Of a DNA stretch of 64,000 nt, positions 1 through 11,227 are shown in pieces. Position numbers and translations under genes: made by a program. Position 1 is the first letter of the stretch, and each line of letters opens with the position of its first letter. The notes beneath the pieces are model-generated. The model was not told the DNA's origin and searched no databases. It saw only the letters and a list, made by a program, of their open reading frames with translations. Where the stretch lies: assembly GCF_910592395.1 (NCBI RefSeq), contig NC_088308.1:2480001-2544000 (forward strand), in the 5' to 3' direction. The stretch is from Lineus longissimus. Lineage: Eukaryota.

Positions 1-664
1 ATCAATCCCTCATGACCGTAGGCAAACACAGAATCCCACGCAATCAAATCTCAGTTTCAATGATCAGCCTGTAAGCTTGGTATTCCGATACCGGGTCCGA
101 TATTCTATTCTTATGCCTGAGAAAACCCATCAGGTCTGGCTGGGCAGCCATGCGTTACTAAAGCTTCTTCCCACAGCTTATGTTCTCGTTTTAGACAACA
201 GTCAACCATGCTCCCATATAGACAATAAATCTAAGATCGGCGATATTGATCTTATAGGTGAACCATCAGTTGGTTGCAATATCAATCTTCTGTTAGGACA
301 GGCGATTAGATTGATTCGATCTGTCCTTCTGTCAGCGGCTCGTTCGGCATATGGGCGGTGTTTTTCCGTGTCGTGCCCGATAATGACAAGACCATGCCTT
401 TAGTCTCATAGTTTAACCCTCAAAGATTGAACCAAGCTTTGGTTGACCTCAGTCTTTAAAACCCTTGAATTTATTTTCAGTTCCCCTGTGCACGCTGATA
501 AAGACAAAACATGTTGTTGTTGACGCTTTCAATGACGTGATTTTTCTCGCTTAATGCCTTGTTGATGTCTAGCGGCGGTTTTTGCCAACTTCTTCACGTG
601 TTCTTCGGCCTTTCTCTCTGTCTTGTGACGAGATGCAGGTCGTTATAGAAGCGACATTTCATAC

Positions 665-695
665 TCCGTGAGTCCCACAGGTAGGGGTTTTTATA
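665..695 (-). promoter_or_regulatory. Putative TATA promoter of a gene running off the left edge of the window
   Basis: Minus-strand TATAAAAA at 695-688 with a candidate +1 near 665. E-boxes CACCTG, CAGCTG and CATCTG lie upstream at about 814-910. The downstream sequence looks like a 5' UTR. Confidence 0.35.
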
Positions 696-1223
696 GTGGT
701 CAGCTTCATGCATCATGGTATGATGCATTTATTAGTAAACTACAGTGGATGTGTCAGGTTGCCAACCAGCAGCTATCCCCTGCCTTAACACCGAGTAGAT
801 AGCCTTATTAGCTCACCTGTGTCACCTTGCAGCTGTCTTAGGTTGGCCCTGGTCTCTTCCGTCTTCTCAGCGAAGGCAATCGCCATTTAAAAGTTTGGTC
901 ATTCATCTGTCAACGCTGGTAAGCAGTGTGTCGACAACGATGGTCTTATTCATCCGCATCCGTTGGCCCACACCATTCTGCCGTTGTGGCTGTGGCTCAT
1001 AACGGGTTACACGGGTTGACCGATCATAATGGCTGTACACGATGTAGGTTGAGCCACGGCTGACAAACCATCATGGACAGCTAAAGATACGATTAAATCG
1101 ATCATCAGGTCCTCATTAACCGCGATGCACGCCCAGGCGTGGCCCTGATCGAGCGGCGACTCGGCACGACAAGTTGGTCTAGGATTTCACTTATCATTAA
1201 AGAGCTGCAGATTTGTACCAAAT

Positions 1224-1352
1224 TAGACATGTTTTCATATAAATGTAACTAGCATTTGAGAACCCGTAACTATGAGGGACTTAGGGAACCCACTGCACCC
1301 CCATAGTAACGGATTCTCAAATGTTAGTTACATGTAAATGTGAACATGCCTA
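1224..1352. mobile_element. Foldback / MITE-like inverted repeat
   Basis: Arms of about 54 bp (1225-1278 and 1298-1351) are complementary with roughly 9 mismatches around a 19-nt spacer, with TA at both ends. Confidence 0.7.
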
Positions 1353-4300
1353 TTGGGATTCTCTGGTTTTTTTCGAGGTTTGTTAGAAATCCGACCTTTC
1401 AGGGAAAAGTCAGACAATATCGGACCTTTGTCGGATAAATCAGGAAAAAGTAAAAGAAACCGTTAAGAAGTCGGAAACGTCTCCTACCAGTGTTAAGACC
1501 CCACATGCTGAGCACGGGTTATGGATATGGACACGACACACACTACTATTTTATTTTGAACATCACATAATGACTATAAAATCCCTGAAATGTCTGCTAT
1601 TTCTGCAAGAATATCTGTTCGCAGTTGATTCTATTATCTTCCACAGCTGAGTCCCCGCCGAGATCCATATCGATGGATCAGGCACAACCTCATAACAATA
1701 GATTATTAATGAAAATCGAACCATGCGCCACGTCGTGTGGGAAAGGTGACGCGAATAGTCTTGGTTTCATTCAGGAGGAGATGGAGAGGTTAACTTGATG
1801 AGCTGGGCGGAGGGATAAACATGATTTCAGGCATGTCGCTCAACTCAAACCCAAGGAAAATTTTCTAATGGTCGAGAGGAAATAATCGAAAAAGAAAGTT
1901 GATTCTGTCGACTGTAATTGTACTTGTATTTTATACAAATAAAGCGAGTAGGATGCATAATATCTAATACGATCAATCTGGGCAGATGATTGGAAAATAA
2001 CCACATTAAAAAAGAAGCTGTTATTGACTAACAAATGGTCAGTAATGCAGTTAAAAACACTTGCTATGAAATTGCTGAATAAATATTTCAGAGTGGCAGT
2101 ATTGGGTTAAGCGGCTCAAAGCGTGATATACGAGTGTTTCATGGTATTATAGAACCCGGATGGTACGCAGGCATTAAACAAATGATCGGTTGTTTTCTAA
2201 ATCCGTCACTCCCCGATATTAAAATTAAGAGAATCCATTCTGGTTTCAGTCGATACTTTCTATTCATGTCCCCCATAGAGGATTTCCATGTATGTTCAAT
2301 CGTTCATTGAAATTTTTTTAAATACCCAGACTGACAGTGTTATTGAAATAAACACTATCAGTTTGCGTATGCTGCATGGTATACTACGGGCCTAAAAAAA
2401 GGTTTTGAGCTTTCAACACAATTATATGCACCCGGAAATGTTTTTCGGTGAAGTAAAAATCCCCCTCAGGATTTTCAAATCTCGCAGCCCTTTGAAGAGT
2501 AGACATTAGGTAAAAAAAACCCCACCAATGCGATTAAATTCACGTATCACTTGGAATAAAAAAACATATGACATCCTTTCATTCCACAAGTGTTTTGCAA
2601 TTCATAGACAGAATCCTCGATTCCGTCGCGTCTGTCGATAAGCATTCTCCCATTGCTAACGTATTCTCCTATAATTTGTCAACGAGATAATGGACGAGAC
2701 ATGGAAAGCTTTTTTTGTAATACCGGTGATGTTGATTTCAAAATCGGCAGACAAGGCGGCCCAGCTATTCACGGCAATCACGAGTTGTTAAGGAAATTAT
2801 CAAACTGTGGTTACGATGCAGCAACGTGCCATGATTTTGAATAGGTTACAACGGCCGCCCATCTTATTGGCCGTGTCTTCCCTTACGTGGGATACTGGTG
2901 CATTAAGGTATTCAAGTGCCATTTTTGTGGATGTTTTCATGAGTCCGTAACTTCGACATCTTCGTAACCTTCAGGTCTGTGGATACATGTCCATTGAGTT
3001 TCGATTTGTTATTTTCACCTCGGAATTCGTGGTTCTCTAAGTCCGTGTTCTCGCGTGGAAAGTATCCCATTAAGTGAGACCGTAATTAGGGAAGATAGAG
3101 GAGGTCGGCTATTGCTTGCTAGTAATCTGTGTCTGAGAGTAACATGTCGTTTCATGGACGTTTTAGTACGGTATGTGTATCTCAACATCTATAGTACATG
3201 TACAACATGTCTGACATGCTCTCTTACAATGGGGCCCAGAGATGTTAATTTGTATTATGTTATATATAATGAAGTACAGACTTGTTTATTTCTTTAACAA
3301 ATTTCGAACTTGGGTGAAGCGTTTGTTGCACCTCTTTATACATTTGCGGGATCGCGCCTCTTCCCATTGCTTCATGCGTCTGATCCCGTGAAGTAGAGAA
3401 GTCAGTTGAAAATTATAGCTTGATGCCCGATAGGATACAGGATACTGAAGAAAAACACTACGAAAGACAACAGTAATTGGCTTTTGAAACTCAAATGTTT
3501 AAGCTCGCTGAGACCAAAGGCCATCAGTACAATGTCTGCTCGATTATCTCTGCTGAGCCTGAGAGCGACCGGTAGTATTTTTCCGCCGAATAACTCCAGC
3601 TCCTAATAGCAAGTCATCTACAGAGGAGAACCAACTGAATATCAAGTTGTAAAGAGATCAATAGTACACCAGTGTGTCAGAGTAAACTAATACTGCATGT
3701 ACACATGCAAACAGCCCACTCGGTCCCATGAAAGATGACTCATATGGTCCCACCATTACGCGATTGGAATAGCCTCTACATATTTAGCTGATGGTTCTGC
3801 CGTAGATCATAATATTTGACAATCAAATTATCGTAATATCGATGTTGTCAATGGCTAATGTTGTTAAGTAGTTAGGCATACGGTTCAGGGTTTCGCCGCT
3901 AACGGCCATGCTAGGTATTACTACTATTCAGTATGTTGTGTGTGTTTGTGTGAAGTCCCATTCCAGTATATCTTTTGATCGACGACCTGCCTTCTTTGTC
4001 ACAAGTGAAGCGATAATGTGGTACAAGTAAATCTCTTAAGATATAAGAGAAAAGCGTTGTTGCTCACTATTAGGACCTATAAAACACTCGGCGGTGCAAA
4101 AGTGGCTGCTCGACTTATCATTTCACGGCAATTCGGCCACTTTTCATAGCCTCATGGTCTTTGCGCAGGTAAACCTACCTATACACTGATTTCCATCGGA
4201 TGATCTGGTACTGACTGAAGTCGACTAAGAAAACCCGTGGGAATGAATGAGCTTGTTTCATATATACTATAATAGCAAAGTGCTTGCGACCCATTGGGAT

Positions 4301-6448
4301 GTTTGGGCATCCCAAGGCAGTTGGATTAAAATGCTAGGCTGCGTTTAGCAACACAGGATGAAACAAAATAATCAAATATTAAGTTGAGAGCTGTACGTCA
4401 ACTATAGGACATTTTGGGCGATGAGTAATGTATATATTTTCAATGATGACATGTACTGAAAATGCAGTCCGTTCTCGATGAGACTATACTCCAACTCATC
4501 TTGACCCTCAATGTATTGACAATGCTAAGCTTTACAGACAACACGTGTATGGTCGGATGTAACGGAGGCAATACCACTGGAGGTTCAGTACGCTCTTGTT
4601 AAACCTGCCCATATAGCCTGCACAGATGATGTCATCCCGCTATCACTCCGGACACCGCCAAACAGTATCATTTCAGTCAATACTAGAAATGGATGCATAT
4701 CAAACAACAAACCAGCGCCTTCTGCGTAATCCGACACTCTAAAAGACAGAAAAAGAAGAAGTCAAAAATAATGCTGCGCTGAGGAACGAGACTAATTATT
4801 TGTCATCGAGAAATCATATTAGTTCAATCAACACGTAATCCACGTGCTGCATTGAGATAGATATAGCACTTGGATAGAAATGTTTCTGTTAAAGGAAATC
4901 TGTAGTTTTACATGAAACGATGTTGTTAAAGAGTCATTGTGGTCGTGTGCTATGTCGTTTTTTCATTCAGTCTACTTCAAGCAGCCGGACGCGACCTGGG
5001 AAGGATCAAAAACCTGACCAGACCATGTGTGAGTAAATGCATTGGCATGTTAGAAACGCTCATTGAGGAGAAACGTGCAGCTTCGCGTATTGGTTTTTCC
5101 TCAAAGGAATATCTCAATTTCCCTCCATAAAGGACACGTACACATCCTAGTAATTCAACCAATCGCAGCCCACCGTCTACTCAATTAGGCAGATGTCGCT
5201 AAGGCCTGTCCAGCCCCGATAAGAAGATTGTAATAGGTGCTTTGGCTATAACGACATTCCCATCGAAATTACCTCCTTAGTTGGCCATCTTCTGGTGTGG
5301 CCGTTGTGCGGGCAGTGCATCGCTATGACTGAGCGGAATGTAATGCGAGTGATGCTGTGATTGAGAGCTTGCTTGCTGGTAATAATAATGTAGCATGACA
5401 AATGGGAAGACAAGCTCGGCTTCATTCCTCGTCCATGATGGATAGAGACCGCAATGTCTGATCTGAATGCGAATCGCCTCATAAATATCAATCACGCATT
5501 CGAGACTTTGCATATAAACAGGGTGAAAACATCTTGCAATAAAGTATAAGAAGTTATTTTATTTCTGCTTACATTTATTTTCTAACTATTCAACAATATG
5601 ACACCTATACTGAATGATCGTCGTTGTAACGTCTGTTGAAGCTGGAAACTATGTACATTACTGCAAGTAAGCGATGTTTAGGATTAGCGGATCAGCAGAT
5701 GCCGGGATGCATGTTGCATGGCATCCGGCTGCGCGGGGATATTGAATACAGTGGGTTTCTTCGATGGAGAAGACCGAGAGTGCGTCACGACAATGAGGTC
5801 TGCTGTTGAAACATAATTGAAATCGGCAAAATAGGACTTCTTTAATAGCCCACACTATGCAATAACATTATTCCTCACTTCTCTGAGGTCACAAATAATT
5901 CTGTTGTTTGAAGCCTCCGTATTAGGGTAAAAAAACACCGCTTGCCTTCTCGTCGCTATCTTCAATACAATCATTATTGCAAATGAGGTTGACAGCGCCC
6001 AATGAACCTTCGTCGATGGCAGACTGGTGTCAGTTGACACCTGCTGTTATCATTAAAAATAATGATCTTTGGTGTTACATTACATAGATAATAACACGAA
6101 AATCTCAAAGGTCAAATACAAGACCTTTGTTGCTTTTCCATATTGTCAGTAAAATACGCCAATTTTGAAACAATAGAACTTGAATACAATCGCCTCATCA
6201 TAAAGAACTGCCAGGTAATTGGGAATTCAATGACCAACAAGTAATTGAAATCCAGAATAGGTGGCTGTGGGAGAGCTTTTCGAAACTTTTGTCATCCTAC
6301 ACAATCATACGCCTCCGTCACTATCTCTAAAACAGATATAATACGTCTCGGCGACACGATCTTAAAACCTTTGGGCCAAGTAACCAACAGCTTGTCTGCA
6401 GACCCTGTTTGGGCCATTGGGTATCACGAATTCCACCTTTAAAGCCAA

Positions 6449-6603
6449 GGGCACTGTTGTTCAAACAAGTTTTGTCACCAAACGCTGGTGTTAACTTAAC
6501 CTGGCGTTAAGACATGTAAGTCTGTGGACCAAATTGAAGGAGATCACAATCGGTTATGTTAACGCAAATGTTAACGACAAAATTGGTTTTGAACAACCTG
6601 ACC
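6449..6603. mobile_element. MITE-like element in the insulin 3' UTR region
   Basis: Imperfect inverted arms of about 45 bp: GTTGTTCAAA...GTTAACTTAACC and GGTTATGTTAAC...TTTGAACAAC. Confidence 0.6.
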
Positions 6604-6783
6604 AAGGGTGGAACCTCGAGTTTTGGAAATATGTTCAGCACGAAGTTAAGTGGGTGTGGCACGATGGTAATTGCATTGCCTGAAGCATTTCAAGAAAGTA
6701 TCACATTCCCTAAGCTATGGAGATGCTGCACGTTGAATCCGGAAGGACAGCTTTTTTAACAGAGAACGTTTTTGCTGTGCTCA

Positions 6784-8124
6784 TCACTCTATGGACTTAA
6801 TCACTTGCCTACTGAACTGTTTCCTTTCCTCTATGTCACCTCTTAACAATCTGAATATACGCCTGGCGAGAAGACGATCGTCCTTTGCGCGATACGACTT
6901 GGGAATTCTACCTGCTTTATCGTTGGTCACTCCGTGGTGTCCATTTCCCTTAATCGAGGGTAGGTTCCGAATTCTGCTTACTCTAGCAAGTGTTGAGTCC
7001 ATCGCATCGTTTCCATAGCCCCTTTTGGCGGGTAGGTTACAGTACTGATGGAATTCCTGATGGGAGCACTTGTGGTAACAACACTCGCACACGATGCCGC
7101 TCACCCCAGTTTGTGCCATGCGTTTCTCCTTCAGGTAGCTGTTGGCCTTGTTGGAAGGCATGAAAGGGTTGTAGCTAAGGGCCGAAATTCCACCTGAAAA
7201 TATGTCTGACATTATGCATATTGCAGGTGTCACATACCTCAAAATCGTGGTACTTGGCATCACTGACATTTGTCAATGGCATGTCCGTAAAAAGTTTGTT
7301 GATGCCGTAACCTTAATGATAGCCCACTCGAACAATGGAATTTAGGCCCAGGTGTGAACGGGCTTTGTTTAAAGACAATAGACCATGTATTGGGCTCGGC
7401 CTGAACTCTTTTAACAACGTAGTGCTGTCTTCCCGATCTCTCTGGGACAGAACTGTGCCACCGTCACTTCAAGTTTCAATAGGTCTACATGGCATAAAAC
7501 AAGTGAAACAAAACGTGGTAGATGCTGCATGTCAGATGTCGAAGGGTCACGCTTGGCCACAAATTGGGCAATCGAATTTTAAAGATTTGGCAAATATCAA
7601 TTTCATCATGATACGTTACTTACACTGAGTTGCTCAGTGTTCGACCCCATAGGGCCTTTATGGTTATAGTGTTGGAAGCTTTGGTTTGCTTGTTTGTCAT
7701 CAACAACGAATGATAAGAAATCCTATGAAATTGACTAAGGGACTTGAACATGCATCATCTGATACCATAGCTCAGTGTAGTTACTTCGGTGCTGCATGCT
7801 ACAGGTGATTACTGGTCATTTCACTATGGTTTTTCACTTGGCTCCTTTCTTCTTAAGCTTTTTATTAGGTTTTTACTTACCATTCTTAGACAACCTCTTC
7901 ATCATGAACAAGTCCCCGGCCGCGTAATAGACCCCATGGGGGTAGCATATGTTGTCTACCAGATTCGCCAATTGATGCCCGCACTGCCCGCCGTCCACTG
8001 GCCCACGTTCCATAATGTCTTCAGTACACACCTTCATATGACCGTCGTCGGCAGTGCTCTTGTCATTCGTTAGAAGGAAGACCAACATGAACATTGGGAT
8101 GGCAGCCAGAATGTTCTCGGCCAT
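6784..8124 (-). CDS. Insulin-like peptide precursor, 8-Cys molluscan-insulin (MIP-like) type; coding exons 8124-7881 and 7193-6784; about 217 aa
   Basis: Signal peptide MAENILAAIPMFMLVFLL. B chain KVCTED...QCGHQLANLVDNIC has 3 Cys, followed by KR, a short C-peptide, KR, and A chain GIVCECCYHKCSHQEFHQYC with 5 Cys. A phase-1 intron lies in the C-peptide (AATG|GTAAGT at 7880, TTTTCAG| at 7194), the usual position in insulin-family genes. The acceptor TTTTCAG just upstream of the ATG implies a non-coding first exon. Confidence 0.95.
7333..7412 (+). repeat. Dispersed repeat shared with about 17515-17590
   Basis: CGGGCTTTGTTTAAAGAyAATAGACCrTGTATTsGGCTCGGCCT occurs at both sites. Confidence 0.75.
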
Positions 8125-9083
8125 TTTTGCTGAAAATTGAACAAGTGAAGTTCCTTAATCTAAGTTTCGAAGAGTTGACTCCGAGGTCATTTGGATGCTT
8201 GCCGCTGCTGCTGCTGAGCTAGGATCCTGTTACAGACGGACATGAGAAGGGGTAGCGTCTGCGGGTGCGGTGGAGGGTGGTCGGAGGCTAGAATGATTTT
8301 GGTGACTATGCCAAAAATGAGATGGAAGTTTAATCCTGTTGATCTTCTTCGCTATTCTTCTTTAGTTAGTAAACGGTGATATGTAGTTGACAGTTCTGCT
8401 GATTTACATGTAGTAGAATGATTCATACAGACAACTTACTGTTGGACTGCACTAATTAGGCAATGTTAAACATGTATATACTGGTTATACTCGTTGGCTA
8501 AAATAGTTATGAAAGCCAATTATCATATCTAGATTTAGGGGGTCATTTGGAGGAAGAAATCCTTATGTTAGAAAGGAAAGCGACATATCCAACAGCACCA
8601 GAGGTAATTGTGTTTCAGGATATCACGATACTTGACGTCTGGTATAGATTTCATAATGGTTCAGAACATGAACAGCTATTTAGATATTTTGTGTATAAAC
8701 ATTTGACAGTTTGATACTAATAATTGATCAATTTGAAGAGAAAACAAATTTCGGGTGTGCTTTTATACCGATAATTGAAAGGAAAAAACAAGAGAAAGGA
8801 GACAAGCTGTAACGTTATATAGCACAACAACCTTTGGAAACGAAAGCTTAGCATACACTAGAAATAATGTTTTTTGGTCAACGCAAATATGCACCACATT
8901 AGACGTCTTTCAGCGGAATTAATTAAGTCCAAGTGGTTTATCAGAATCACAAAAAAATATTCTGGGTTTTTCATTTTATAGATAAACGTCTAGATTGAGG
9001 GGAAAATGGTAAGGAATCTTACTGTCAAAAATGGAAGCGATAACCACACTTGTAGACGTTGTATTACATACACTCTTAGAAAT

Positions 9084-9444
9084 AAGACTGCTTATAAGAC
9101 TGCTTATAAGATCTATAGCGGTCTTGCACCACAATATTTCGATGGGTTTTTGAGTGCTGCACCTCGCCGACGAGAGACGCGGTATTCTGGGCTTGATCGG
9201 GTCTCCGTCAAAAGAACCCGAACTCGGCTAGGCGACCGGAGTCTCTCGTCTTGTGCACCTGTTCTTTGGAACGCCCTCCCTGGCCACGTCAAGGCATGCC
9301 AAAATATCACCAGTTTCAAACTTCAGCTAAAGACGTGGCTTTTTAAGAAGCACTTCTCTGAATGATGTTTTCGGTTTTGAACGGGGTGGCGCCTTGATCA
9401 GGCTCTTGGAAAGGCGCCGCCTATAAATGCTTTTCATTCATTCA
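9084..9444 (+). mobile_element. 5'-truncated non-LTR retrotransposon (L2/CR1-group LINE): 3' end of ORF2 plus 3' UTR
   Basis: YKIYSGLAPQY...GDRSLSSCAPVLWNALPGHVKACQNITSFKLQLKTWLF matches the typical L2/CR1 ORF2 C-terminus; stop at 9363-9365. A 3' stem-loop GGCGCCTT(9388)...AAGGCGCC(9418) is followed by a (TTCA)n tail. AAATAA occurs on both flanks. Confidence 0.85.
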
Positions 9445-9870
9445 AATAAAGGTTTTTTAAAATAATTATCAAGGTTTTTCGTCCGTTCCAATAAATGCAC
9501 TCTAAGATGTTAAAACTTTAAAGGTTTTTCAAAAGCTCGGAAATATTCATTTCTGAGAGCCTATGATCACGATACCGGTACTTGACTAACTAACGACATG
9601 ACTGAAAATGAAAGAGCTGTCTCCATGTCAAATCGCAGAAAGTTTTGTATAGAACTGTCAGAAATTATTTAGAAAACTACTTACAGATTACTGAATTCAT
9701 CATATCACTGACTTCGACCCCGTTTCCTCCCTACTTCAGTTAGTGACAGACCTTTACTTTACACGGTCAGTAATAATATAAACAATCGTTACTTCTTGGT
9801 CCGTCCCATATTTATGAGAAAAACCGTTCTGCACCATGACAAAATCAACCCTAAATAGCCTCTCACAAAC

Positions 9871-9878
9871 TGACGTCA
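9871..9878. promoter_or_regulatory. Consensus CRE (TGACGTCA) in putative intron 1 of the insulin-like gene
   Basis: Perfect palindromic CRE. Function is not demonstrable from sequence. Confidence 0.3.
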
Positions 9879-11142
9879 TGGCATCACCACATGGCCTCTT
9901 CTGACCTACTTCGAGCCTTCCTCAATTTTGGAAAGAATATCTAACGGATACGGGCAATATTCTGTTGAAGGTGTTCAGTTACCCTATTGGGGAATTGGCC
10001 TGATTTCTAAGTTTCCTCTACAGATTCAATGAAAAGAAAAATCTGACATTTGGTGGGAGGGTGAAACGAAATCTCATTCTATTCAGGAAAACAGCTTATT
10101 AATCTCATTCAGACGGATAAAAACGTATCTTCGACCAAGTCGAAATCGAAGGTGGGCACTTAAGGTTATTTTTCATGAATTCTACACACCTCTTCTCAGA
10201 AAATTATGATTATCTCTAGACATCATTGTTTTCTCATTAAGTTCTTTATTCTAACTGCAAACGTACAGACAGGCCGTCATCTAATGCACGGAATAATTTA
10301 AATGTCACGGCAGCTGTTCTCTTCCGATTTTATCAAAATTATTAAACACGTGGCCACTCAGATCTTTTACTTAATTATAATCGGATATTACATGATTTTG
10401 GTTCAGGAAGAGCGCATCATTGAAATTAGCATCGACTTACTAAATGACAGGTTCGCATGGAGCCTTTTTTTACTTGGTCATCCACAAAATATCGAAACTA
10501 GAATCTAAGGTTACTGAGTACACAGTTCTCAAGGGGAATTGCTAGCGGAGACTTTCTCAAATTAGTAATTCAAGCATTATCAGCAGTTGACATCATGAGC
10601 CTACCTCTTCCTGACCACGTTCACCACATTACCTTAATATCTGTATTCATTGCAAAGATGCTGAGACGTTACTGACGCCTAACTAGGTGGATACCATGTG
10701 GTATTCCGTGTTACACACGAGAGCAAACATTACCAAATCGTCCGTCAAAAACTCCGTCATGCAAGATTGCAGCATTCATTTTACATGATACGAAGTATCA
10801 ATTGGGCCAATGATCAAAATAGAGATTCAAGGGCGCTGAACGCAAAACAAACCATGTATAAACTGTTGCTATAAGGGTGCTAGGTTGAAGATTCTTGAAG
10901 ATTCTTGTCATCCAGAAGTAACTGTCCAGGTAAACATTATGAAGTTCTTTATAATTTATGATGTGCCAATAACCTATCCTGGTTTCAAGATACATTCAAA
11001 AAAGGTCGATGATGTTGCTTTGAAAATATAATCTGATTCTGCAATTTGAATCGGCAATCGAAAAACTATTAAAGAGTATTAAGTGAAGTGTAATCGAAAC
11101 ACAAGGCAAATGTACATGTAAAGGAATTATGAGCTTCATTAC

Positions 11143-11227
11143 CTTCCGTAAGCGATAATTTATATTTCTTCACTCTCTCTCTGAAGTTAACAGGACTGCT
11201 AGAAGTGTTATCTTGTCATTCTATATA
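11143..11227 (-). promoter_or_regulatory. Putative core promoter and non-coding exon 1 of the insulin-like gene
   Basis: Minus-strand TATATAGA starts at 11227. An Inr-like CAGT has its A at 11197, exactly 30 nt downstream. A donor GGAAG|GTAATG follows at 11143/11142. Confidence 0.55.

Noticed and set aside
7194..7269. N-terminus of the 161-aa ORF (MSVMPSTT...) as the insulin start
   Set aside because: It is intronic. The exon starts at the 7193 acceptor and joins the signal/B-chain exon in phase 1.
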